DNA of 61,606 nucleotides, counting the filler. It is 6 parts of 6 records of this genome, joined end to end, with 100 filler letters (N's around TTAATTAATTAA, not from the genome) between each part and the next. Parts side by side here need not be neighbours in the genome. Positions count along the whole stretch, not along the records: positions 17,050 to 24,710 come from DRR723986_13230; positions 24,811 to 36,453 come from DRR723986_13241; 4 more parts are not named here. One strand, given 5' to 3'. A program made the position numbers and the translations under genes. The notes under the pieces were generated by a model. The model saw nothing but the letters and a program-made list of their open reading frames with translations, did not search any database and was not told the DNA's origin. Each line of letters opens with the position of its first letter. Position 1 is the first letter of the stretch. Below, piece after piece: positions 17,323 to 26,328 of this stretch.

Positions 17323-18087
17323 TCAATCGCCAAAACGGGCCAGCCAGTCAAGCGATGCGTCCGTCGCTCCTTCAGGGCGATACTCTGCCCCAAGCGGCGC
17401 AACATACCCAAGCGCCTTGATCCTGGAGAACAGCTCCTCATAGCAGAGGGTCCCTTGATCCGGGGGGCCCCTTTCCGGAACCGACGCAAACTGAATATGC
17501 CCGATGATCGGCAAAAGCTCTTCCAGACGCGCGGCCACATCACCTTCCTGGCGCGCGACATGGTAGCAATCAAACATGAGCTTGAGGTTTGGCAGGCTCA
17601 TGGAACCAATCAACCTTGCGGCCTGAGCAGTGTTGTTCAGGAAATATCCGGGAACGTCATACCCGTTCAGCGGTTCGATCAGGACCATGATGTTCAGCGG
17701 AGCTGCCAATGAACAGGCATATGCCAGATTGCTTCGAAACACGGCCTCGGCTTCAGCTCCATGTGCTTTGCCTGCCATAACGTGAACGGCCCTTGCCTTT
17801 ACGGCTTGTGCATACTCTATCGCCTGGTCGATCGCCGCGCGGGCCTCGGCTTCGCGCCCGGGAAGTGCCGAAAGGCCGAATTCACCCGCCGCCAGGTCTC
17901 CTGGTGCGGTGTTCAGACCCAGCATGGGCAATCCACTATCAGACAGGGCGGACAAGACATCGTCTGACGGGGTGCTATAGGGCCAGTGACATTCGACAGC
18001 ATGAAACCCCGCCTGTGCCGCTGCGCGAATGGCATCAGGCAAAGCGCGATCGGACCAGAGCAAGCCAAGATTCGCTGAAAATTGCAT
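17323..18087 (-). CDS. hyi: Hydroxypyruvate isomerase family TIM-barrel protein
   Basis: FSANLG, IEPLN, MFDCYH, GHIQFASVPERGPP, GAEY. Confidence 0.85.
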   Translation of the reverse strand: MQFSANLGLLWSDRALPDAIRAAAQAGFHAVECHWPYSTPSDDVLSALSDSGLPMLGLNTAPGDLAAGEFGLSALPGREAEARAAIDQAIEYAQAVKARAVHVMAGKAHGAEAEAVFRSNLAYACSLAAPLNIMVLIEPLNGYDVPGYFLNNTAQAARLIGSMSLPNLKLMFDCYHVARQEGDVAARLEELLPIIGHIQFASVPERGPPDQGTLCYEELFSRIKALGYVAPLGAEYRPEGATDASLDWLARFGD

Positions 18088-18752
18088 GTCGCGACGGTAC
18101 CCATCCGGCGTGGCCCCCTGCAAGCCGCTGAAACAGGCGCTTACTGAGCTCTTGCGTTCACAATGCGTGCGCGGTTCACGAGGCCCAAATGCGGAAAGTG
18201 CTCTTGGGGCACCATATCATTAATATCTAATGGTTTTCGGTTTCGTCTGCTTGCAATTCTGGATTTCTGAGATTGGTGGCGAGGGGATTTTCACAGCTTT
18301 CTCCCGATTGATCGCTGGCGGAATAGTCGGAACATTACGTAGCGAGGGAGAAGATATCCGATCGTGCATTCAGGTCGGGCTTGATTGCGAAATCTACGCC
18401 AAGCCGCCAGCTTTGCGGCCACGCCGTTTGCGTCTAGTAACAAGACGCGTTTGGATGTCTGCTCGGAAGTTGCCGTTGAACGCCTCCAGTTGGGAAGCTA
18501 ACCTATCCGGACCCGAAATCACGCGATCACCTCCAAATCCGGCACCCGATGCGGCACCTCGTCATGCCAAGCGTATCCTCCGGCAAACCCGGCGCGGTTC
18601 AGATCCTCATGGTTCGGAGAACGAGGGAGAACGCGCGTGGGATCACAAACATTGCATTTGGTTTGGCTAAAGGTATCGGCCGTTGTCATTGGCCTGTCAG
18701 GCCCCCGATGCACTAACAATCATTCCGGAACACTCGATGAGAGCATGCCATC

Positions 18753-19385
18753 ATGACTGAAATCGACGTAGACAAGGCAACCCCGGGCAAGAACAGCGAA
18801 GGCGCTGAGTTGCTTTCGCTGGAGCCAGTCGTAACGCCAAAAGAGCTTCAGATTCTCAGAAAGTGGTACTCTGGGGCTGAATTCGTGGTCGAATTTGGAG
18901 CTGGGGGGAGCACCGTATTGGCGGGCGCACTTGGGGTCCCCCGCGTGGCTTCTGTTGACAGCAGTAAAGCATGGCTGGAAAAACTGCGCACCGCACCGGA
19001 GCTACAGAACACAGACTTCACGGCGCATCACGTCAATATTGGCAAGTTAAAGGCATGGGGACACCCGGCTGATTTCTCCAGGACCTGGAACTGGCCGTCT
19101 TATTATCGTGTTATTTGGGATCAGATTGATAACAGACGTCCCGATGTGGTGTTCGTAGATGGCCGCTTTCGAGTTGCCTGCGCGCTAATGACCTTGCTGG
19201 AATGCCCCGCAGAAACGACTGTTATCATACATGATTTCTGGAACCGCCCTTCGTATGGCGAGATCCTCAAATATGTCGACACGATTGAACGCGTCGATGA
19301 TATCGGTGTGTTCCGACCCAAGATCTATGTCAACTGGCGGGGGCTGGCCTTGTCGCTGTCGCATTTTGCCCTCGACCCTACATGA
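18753..19385 (+). CDS. Putative class I SAM-dependent methyltransferase of a glycan locus
   Basis: VEFGAGGST motif I, acidic residue after beta2 (SVDSS), VFVDGRFR, IIHDF..R. Confidence 0.6.
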   Translation: MTEIDVDKATPGKNSEGAELLSLEPVVTPKELQILRKWYSGAEFVVEFGAGGSTVLAGALGVPRVASVDSSKAWLEKLRTAPELQNTDFTAHHVNIGKLKAWGHPADFSRTWNWPSYYRVIWDQIDNRRPDVVFVDGRFRVACALMTLLECPAETTVIIHDFWNRPSYGEILKYVDTIERVDDIGVFRPKIYVNWRGLALSLSHFALDPT

Positions 19386-19694
19386 ACGTGTCAGTGGGCA
19401 CGAAAACCATTGCTGGCGCCGTACTCTTGCAGGCGACATCCGTTTCTTCAGACCGTCGTCGCTGAGTTGCTCGTACATTGGTTGAATCTTATCATGTCGA
19501 GGGCGCTCAGATGCCAAGGGTTGACTGTGGACGCGATCCGAAGTGGGTGCCATAGCATCGCCTTAGGTGAGATAAACGGTTGCTTCCCATGAGGTTTTTC
19601 TCCGATCTTACCAGCATGGCCAGATATTTGGGGGGCGGGGCTCTGCCGTTTCCCTGGAAGTTCTCGGCGCAACGGAGCCGAAAAGAAAAGAAGA

Positions 19695-21137
19695 ATGAAC
19701 ACGTCCAACAACACGCATGCCCAGAAAAAGCCCGGCCTGATGGTGCTCGGTCCACATCGGTCTGGCACGTCGCTTTTGTCGGGAATACTGCATCACCTTG
19801 GAGGTGATCTGCCAAAAACACTCATGAACCAGTCTTCAGACAATCCGAAGGGATACTTCGAATCCACTAGAATAATGGAGTTCAACGATAAACTCCTTGC
19901 CGCTATTGGTTCGGACTGGCAGGACATCGCTCCTCTGGACGCATCATGGCCGGGCTCGCCCATCTACGAAAATTTTTTTCAAGACGCTGTGACTCTGCTG
20001 CGAAGCGAATTCGCAGAAGCTCGGCTGCCTTTGTTGAAGGATCCCCGCAACTGCCGCCTTGTCCAGTTCTGGTCTGACGCTTTTTGTGAGGTCGGCTATC
20101 GGGTTGCCTACGTTCACACACACAGAAATCCCTTCGAGGTTGCGGAGTCCCTTAACAAAAGAGACGGCATTCCTGTGGAGCAGGCCTTATTGATATGGCT
20201 GCGCCACGTTCTTGACGCCGAGGCCTCAACGCGTGGTGCATCTCGGTTCTTTACCAACTACGCCTCCCAGATGGACAACTGGCGCGAGCAGTCGGTGCTT
20301 GCTGAAAAAACGCTTGGTGTTGGTCTTGACCGCAACACAAGGCAGGTTGAACATCAGATAGACGAATTCATCGAGTCCAAGCTATGGCATCAAAAGCTGG
20401 AAACTGTGGATCTCCGAGGGTTGCCTCAAGCCTCGCAATGGGTGTGCGATACCTACGAGATTTTGGAACGTTGGACCGGCGGGGCAGGAACGGAAGCGGA
20501 CTTCCACAAACTTGACGCGATCAAGTGCGAATTCGACGCTTCGATCAACCAGATTATTCCGCTAATCCGGGCGCTGAAGCATTCCCATGCCGATCTGGAA
20601 GCGAATGCTATGGAGGCGCAGCGCATTTCGGAGGAAAACCAGCGCCTGACCATCGATCTTTCGGCGGCTCACAAGAACACCGCGACGGCCGTCGCCCAGC
20701 TCAATACTGCAGTCGCGGAAAACAGGATCGCATTGCACCAGAGATCCCTCGAGCTTGAAGAGCAGCTTAGTGAGAATATCAAACTCACCCGCCTGATCGA
20801 CAACCTGAGGGAAAACGACCTTCGCGTCCAAAAGGCCCATCAAGACGAGCTGACGAGCCTCAACGAAAGCTCCACCCAAATGGAGCAGCAGCATGAGCAA
20901 GAGTTGCAACAGGTGCAGACCAGCATGCGAGCGGGTTTCGCGGAACGTGACGCTGAGATACGCGGCCTGAAGCATGACATGAAGGAGCGCTTCAGCGAGA
21001 TTGCCAATTTGAGCAAAATTGTCCTTGAGGTTCAATCTCAGAAAGATCTCGAGATTGAGGAAATCCTTTCCAGCACGTCTTGGAAAATCACCGCACCGAT
21101 CCGACGCATTGTCGGTCTATTTCGAAAACCCCACTAG
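19695..21137 (+). CDS. Sulfotransferase-family domain fused to a long coiled coil with a C-terminal SWKITAPIR helix
   Basis: GPHRSGTS (5'-PSB), NPKGYFE, LKDPR, RNPFEVAES; E/Q/L heptad-rich C-terminal 40%. Confidence 0.8.
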   Translation: MNTSNNTHAQKKPGLMVLGPHRSGTSLLSGILHHLGGDLPKTLMNQSSDNPKGYFESTRIMEFNDKLLAAIGSDWQDIAPLDASWPGSPIYENFFQDAVTLLRSEFAEARLPLLKDPRNCRLVQFWSDAFCEVGYRVAYVHTHRNPFEVAESLNKRDGIPVEQALLIWLRHVLDAEASTRGASRFFTNYASQMDNWREQSVLAEKTLGVGLDRNTRQVEHQIDEFIESKLWHQKLETVDLRGLPQASQWVCDTYEILERWTGGAGTEADFHKLDAIKCEFDASINQIIPLIRALKHSHADLEANAMEAQRISEENQRLTIDLSAAHKNTATAVAQLNTAVAENRIALHQRSLELEEQLSENIKLTRLIDNLRENDLRVQKAHQDELTSLNESSTQMEQQHEQELQQVQTSMRAGFAERDAEIRGLKHDMKERFSEIANLSKIVLEVQSQKDLEIEEILSSTSWKITAPIRRIVGLFRKPH

Positions 21138-21252
21138 ATGGATCTAGAAGGAATCCAGCGCTGTAACCAGTTGAGAATTTTGCTTGGTACCGGAGGACTG
21201 AAAACCACCGTTGGCCGATCGGAGCCGCCAAAATCAACAGGGAACCTACCAT

Positions 21253-23168
21253 ATGTCCAGTATCAGAGATTTGATCTCGGATCACGATGTCGCACTGATC
21301 AGAGCCTCGGGTTACTTCGACGAAGCGTGGTACGTCGAGCGCTATCAGGATGTTAAGATGCTGGGCATGGATCCGGTTGAACACTATCTATGGCTGGGAA
21401 GTCGTATCGGTCGAAGCCCATCGCGGAATTTCAGTTCTCCAGGTTACCTGAGTGCACATCGGGACGTCCGAGCAGCAGGCATAGACCCTCTCGTACACTA
21501 CTTGCAGAACGGAATTGCCGAGGGCCGGACGATATATCCGGTTCGCGACGGCAGTTCGTCTGAGAAAAAGCTGAAGTGCCGAAGGATCCTGGTACGTCGC
21601 AGTGAGAACTGGGACTGGGCGCGTCACGAACAAACCGTTCAAATGCTGAACGAGCTACCTCTTTCGCGCAACGAAGAGAAGGTGTCGGTAATAATGCCGA
21701 CCTATAATCGCGCTGACATGATAGCAGCGGCGATCTCGTCGGTACTCGAACAGACTCATTCGAACCTCGAGCTTATCGTCATAGACGATGGCAGCACTGA
21801 CAGAACCGCCGAAATCCTGTCGGAGTTCGATGACCCCCGGATTGTCTTCATGCGCAATAAGCGGCGCAAAGGTGTATCTGGCGCCCGGAACACTGGATTG
21901 GACACGGCCACCGGAAAATGGGCCTTCTTCCTTGATGCGGACAATGTCTGGGACTGCCGGATGGTCGAATTCATGCTAAAACACGCTGCGGTTTCGCAAA
22001 CGTCGGCAGGATATTGCGCGGCGAAGGTCCATGACGAAAACCACGAAACCAAGTTCATTCTTTATTCAGATTTCGATTTCGAATCCTGCCTGCATGAAAA
22101 TTTCGTCGACCTTAACTGCTTCTTCCTGCGCTGGTCCGGTCGTTTCAGAGAGTTTCGCTTTGACGAAGACCTAAAGCGATTGGTTGACTGGGATCTTATC
22201 CTGCATGTCGCCGCATGCACGCGGGTTGTCGGTATTCCTTTCGTGGGCGTCGATTACTACGATGGCCCGGCCGATCGCATCACCAACATGGAGTATGTCG
22301 GCCGAGGGGCTTTGCAAGACCTGCTGAAGCGCGTCAGGGAAAGGGCGCGCCCGGCGATCTTAAAATGCAATACGATCATGGATTCATCGGCATACAGGTT
22401 GGCTGTTCACCTGCATGTCTACCACCCTGATCTGGTGCCGGAATGCCTCGATTATCTGGGCAACATCCATTTCGATTTCGATCTCTTCGTGACCAGTTCG
22501 CTCGACGAGGAACACGAGGTGTTCGGGTTGATCCGCTCGGCACATCCACGCGCGGGAATCTTCTACTATCCGAATGCCGGTGCGGATATCGGCCCCTTCA
22601 TGGAACTCATCTCGACCTTCAAGCCCTATCGGTTGCTCTTGAAGATCCACACCAAACGCGATGTGGATCCTTGGGGTAATGCCTGGCGGCGCGGGCTTCT
22701 TGATCCAATTCTCGGATCAGCGGGTCTGGTCGATGAGATTGTCGCGCGGTTTCAGGCCGACGAACAACTCGCTATGGCGTGCAGTTCGGAGTTCTACAAG
22801 CACGGCGTGCGCAACTCGATCCCAGCAAGCCTTGACCAACTACATGGTCTCGCTCGTGAGACGAACCTGCATGAAACCAAGACAAAGACTGGGCCTTCGT
22901 CGCCGGAACGATGTTCTGGGTGCGTCCGCAACTTTTTCTGCGGCTTGCGACACACATGTGTCAAGGCGAAGGCTACAGCACCCAGTTTCTGCGGGATGGC
23001 GCTATCGAACACGGGCTCGAACGGGCCTTGGGCCTCGCACTATGGCAGCAAAAGGACAACCGGGTTGCCCTTGTAACGATGGACGGTGAGATCAATGAAG
23101 TTGGCCTAGGCAGAGGATGCTCCATGGAAGGCGTGTCCCAGACAATGAAAAGGCTGCACGCGCGATGA
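21253..23168 (+). pseudogene. GT2 plus rhamnan synthesis protein F (RgpF)-like fusion, frameshifted near 22875
   Basis: VSVIMPTYNR, IDDGSTD, FLDAD; RgpF-like AVHLHVYH, GADIGPF, KIHTK; FVAGTMFW appears only in another frame, which ends in an ATGA overlap with the next gene. Real lesion or sequencing error undetermined. Confidence 0.8.
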
Positions 23169-23971
23169 CCCGCATCACCACAATGATTCCGGCCTATAAC
23201 CAAGAAAAATTTATTGATGCGACGATCGCCAGCGCAGTTGATCAGATTGGGGATTTCACCCACGAGATCTTGGTCTCGTCCGACGGGTCAAGCGACCGCA
23301 CACGCGACATTATTCGTGCGTGGCAACAAAAGTACCCCTTGCTTGTGCGCGATGTGAGCGTGAACGAAAACCTCGGAATATCAGGAAATTTCCGACATTT
23401 ATTTAATGCCGCCTCGGGAGAGTACATCGCCATTCTCGAGGGTGACGACCTTTGGACAGATCCCGAGAAGCTGCAGAAACAGAGTACATTCCTGAAAGAG
23501 AACGACGACTGTTCGATGGTTTTTTCGATGATCCGGGTTAAGCAGCTCCCTTCGGGAGAGGAGAGCCTTCTCCCCCGTCAAACGGGCCTCAAAACCAACA
23601 AGTTGGATGGCAATGACTTTCTGGCGGATTCGTCGATGAATCTCATTACCAACTTCTCTTCATGTATGTTGAGGACCCGAGTCGTACGTGACCTGCACCA
23701 AAGCCTCTTCCGTGAACGATTCAATGAAATCGCAATGGCGTTCTTTTTCGAGCGGTTCGGTCCAATCGGATTCCTAAAGGAACCCATGAGCATCTATCAC
23801 CAGCATGAGAATGGGGTTTGGACAGGCAGCTCTCCGGAGGCGCAGCTTCGCTCGGGGCTGGCGGTCCGTGAAGTTGTGCTCGAAGTCGCTGACCCCAAGT
23901 ATGAAAGGACAATCCGAAAAATTGTCGAAGAACGCTATCGCAAGCCATTGGAAGCCTTGGAGGCCGACTGA
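23165..23971 (+). CDS. Glycosyltransferase family 2
   Basis: IPAYNQEKFI, SDGSSD, GEYIAILEGDDLW..KLQKQ. Confidence 0.9.
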   Translation: MTRITTMIPAYNQEKFIDATIASAVDQIGDFTHEILVSSDGSSDRTRDIIRAWQQKYPLLVRDVSVNENLGISGNFRHLFNAASGEYIAILEGDDLWTDPEKLQKQSTFLKENDDCSMVFSMIRVKQLPSGEESLLPRQTGLKTNKLDGNDFLADSSMNLITNFSSCMLRTRVVRDLHQSLFRERFNEIAMAFFFERFGPIGFLKEPMSIYHQHENGVWTGSSPEAQLRSGLAVREVVLEVADPKYERTIRKIVEERYRKPLEALEAD

Positions 23972-24107
23972 AAGCCCGTGCCACAGAAATTTTCATCGAA
24001 TTTGGTGCACACCCGGCCAGCGCAAAAAATGTACTCTGGTGAAGATCTGCATAGGTGTCACCAGCTCTCCTAATGACCGATGTTCGAACAGAAATTCTTG
24101 TGAATAT

Positions 24108-24689
24108 TCATAAATTGACGTCAAAACCAAATGCGCGCACGGAAGCACAGTCATCATCACCAAAGAGATCAGGAGGGGCCGTTCTAAAACGATTTTGGCT
24201 GGTAGTTGCGATTGATGCGGCTTGCTTCTCAATTTGAAGTGCATCGGCGTCAATGCCCAGAAAGGTATATAGTTGGGCTATCACTGCCTTAGGGTGCGCA
24301 CAGAGTGCATCATAATTCAGGAGAAAAAAGCGATCCACCATATGAGCTCGCCCGAAGTTCACCATGCGCTGGTTTGCAGTTATCCAAAACCGAAGTTGGG
24401 TCCGCTCTATAGGTTCGTCATGTTTCGGCTGGATACCCAGGAACTTTCCCCAATTTCGAAGCTGATTTTTATTCCCGCTCAAGGCCATATCCAAGCCATG
24501 GCGAATGACGTGGATATATTTCATCTTAGGGAAGGCCTTTGCAAACTGCGGGATAAAGATGTGTGTGTTGGGTTCTTTCCATGCCAATCCCCTATAATCA
24601 TCCAAGTTTGGAGGAGGCATTGACTGGATGGCCATGACACACTCTCGGTCCAATCCAAGCGGGAACTCAAAATCATCTAGGTGTTCCAT
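24108..24689 (-). CDS. Sulfotransferase family protein lacking its N-terminal PAPS loop (partial)
   Basis: WKEP, YIHVIRHGLDMALS, YDALCAHP..L..FLG; 21 nt from the contig end. Confidence 0.65.
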   Translation of the reverse strand: MEHLDDFEFPLGLDRECVMAIQSMPPPNLDDYRGLAWKEPNTHIFIPQFAKAFPKMKYIHVIRHGLDMALSGNKNQLRNWGKFLGIQPKHDEPIERTQLRFWITANQRMVNFGRAHMVDRFFLLNYDALCAHPKAVIAQLYTFLGIDADALQIEKQAASIATTSQNRFRTAPPDLFGDDDCASVRAFGFDVNL

Positions 24690-24810
24690 CCCGGATGATT
24701 ACATTTCCCCNNNNNNNNNNNNNNNNNNNNNNNNNNNNNNNNNNNNNNNNNNNNTTAATTAATTAANNNNNNNNNNNNNNNNNNNNNNNNNNNNNNNNNN
24801 NNNNNNNNNN

Positions 24811-24840
24811 ATGGATGCCATGGTCAAGCCATGGCATGAC
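24811..24840. repeat. Rhizobiales REP-like palindromic element at the contig start
   Basis: ATGGATGCCATGG-TCAAG-CCATGGCATGAC; same layout as the GATGCCCGGGTCAAGCCCGGGCATGAC-type alphaproteobacterial repeats. Confidence 0.7.
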
Positions 24841-24950
24841 CAAGGAGTTCGAAAGCCTGGACGTCTCAATGAACTCATCCCGAGAACGCACTTCCGCGCA
24901 TTCCCAGGGTCGAGACGAACAGGTTTAAGAACTGCAAAGCTCTGATGCGA

Positions 24951-25751
24951 TCAGTCCAGCGCAAACCGCAGCGACAGGCATGACAGGCCACCATCGACCT
25001 TGCGGGCTTCGTGGGTCGGCAGGACGACGGTCGTGAAACCGGCCGCCTCGATGGCTGCCAATGTCTTCGGGTAGCCTTCCGGCACCATCACGACATCATT
25101 CACACGGATGACGTTGGCGGCGTAGTCTTCCCCTTCCGGAACGACCACAATTTCCCGGTCACCGAAAAAGCCGCTGTCTGCCATGACCTTGGTCGCCAGG
25201 ATGACGCCGTCACCAAGTGTGGAACAGGCCGTCTTGAAATGCAGCACGCCATCGGGCGTCTCGCAGACTTCGGCCTTGTAGCCCCACTCGCCCAGCAATC
25301 CGGCAAAGGCATCAGCGCCCTCCCGGTCGGTGCGGGCGGACAGGCCGATCAGGATGACGTCATCGAGCATCAGGACATCGCCGCCGTCGACATGACCGTT
25401 CCCCGGCAGGTCGACAACCTTGCCGAACCGGCTTTCCAGCGCCGCACGGATCTCCGCGCCTTCGCCTTCCCGGCTGGCCGTGCCCGGCCGAAGCTGGATG
25501 GCGCCTTCAGGCAGGCAGAAGGCAGGATCCTCGACAAAACAACTGTCCGGGTAGGTTTCAAGCTGCGGCAGAACGTCAACCGTCAAGCCGGCTTCTTGCA
25601 AGGCCGAGACATAACGCTCATGTTCTGCCCTGAATTTTTCGCCACTCGGGTTGCCCGTGTCCACCGCACGGATGCCGTCGGCCACGCTGTCGGCGGGCGT
25701 GCGCGTGATCGCGTGGGTGAAACGGAAAGACAAATCGGGACGATGTGCCAT
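24951..25751 (-). CDS. ddaH: Dimethylarginine dimethylaminohydrolase (amidinotransferase superfamily)
   Basis: PDSCFVED, SREGE, DGGDV, LHFKT, DGGLSCLSLR with catalytic Cys and His. Confidence 0.88.
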   Translation of the reverse strand: MAHRPDLSFRFTHAITRTPADSVADGIRAVDTGNPSGEKFRAEHERYVSALQEAGLTVDVLPQLETYPDSCFVEDPAFCLPEGAIQLRPGTASREGEGAEIRAALESRFGKVVDLPGNGHVDGGDVLMLDDVILIGLSARTDREGADAFAGLLGEWGYKAEVCETPDGVLHFKTACSTLGDGVILATKVMADSGFFGDREIVVVPEGEDYAANVIRVNDVVMVPEGYPKTLAAIEAAGFTTVVLPTHEARKVDGGLSCLSLRFALD

Positions 25752-25763
25752 GAGACAACTCCT

Positions 25764-26213
25764 GTGACAGAACCAAGCGCTCAACCAGCCATCCGCATGG
25801 CCAAATTGCAAGACGTCCCGGCCCTGAAAACATGCATCGACAGCGCCTATGCACCGGTAAAATCAACCTTGCCGGACCTGCCGGACGTATCCTCCGGCCT
25901 GAAGGAAGACATTGAGCAAAACCATGTCTTCGTCGCTGAAACGGATGGCCGCATTGTCGGCTGCGCAATCCTGGGGCTCCACGGCCAAAGTGCTCATCTC
26001 ATGAACATAGCCGTCGATCCGGATATCAGGGGCATGGGCATCGGGCGTCTGTTGATGGAAACCATCGAGGTCCTCGCCAGTGAGAGCGGAGCCACCGAGA
26101 TACATCTGGCAACCCATGTCGCCATGCCTGAGAACGTTGCTCTTTACGCGCACCTGGGCTGGAGTGAATTGGAAAGAAACGGCAACAAGGTACTGATGAA
26201 AAAAAACCTTTGA
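25764..26213 (+). CDS. GNAT family N-acetyltransferase
   Basis: IR.A...D first strand, IAVDPDIRGMGIGR acetyl-CoA motif, N..LY..LGW; GTG start inferred. Confidence 0.85.
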   Translation: MTEPSAQPAIRMAKLQDVPALKTCIDSAYAPVKSTLPDLPDVSSGLKEDIEQNHVFVAETDGRIVGCAILGLHGQSAHLMNIAVDPDIRGMGIGRLLMETIEVLASESGATEIHLATHVAMPENVALYAHLGWSELERNGNKVLMKKNL

Positions 26214-26328
26214 TCCAGTCCATAAGCGCTCGTCACACGCCTCTGCCTCAAGAGCCGAAAAAGCGGCATCTGAAACCAGACGGAAACAGGTGAGTGCCAG
26301 GAGTGAAGCCTGAGAGTGCGCCGGCTTG

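Noticed and set aside
18230-18670. 146-aa ORF and a TGGTGGCGAGGGGATT stretch resembling a reversed tRNA 3' end
   Set aside because: No motifs or RBS for the ORF, and no T-loop or cloverleaf for a tRNA
25011-25763. Apparent 400-aa GNAT with a long N-terminal extension
   Set aside because: The extension is the antisense shadow of ddaH; only the last ~150 aa are GNAT-like
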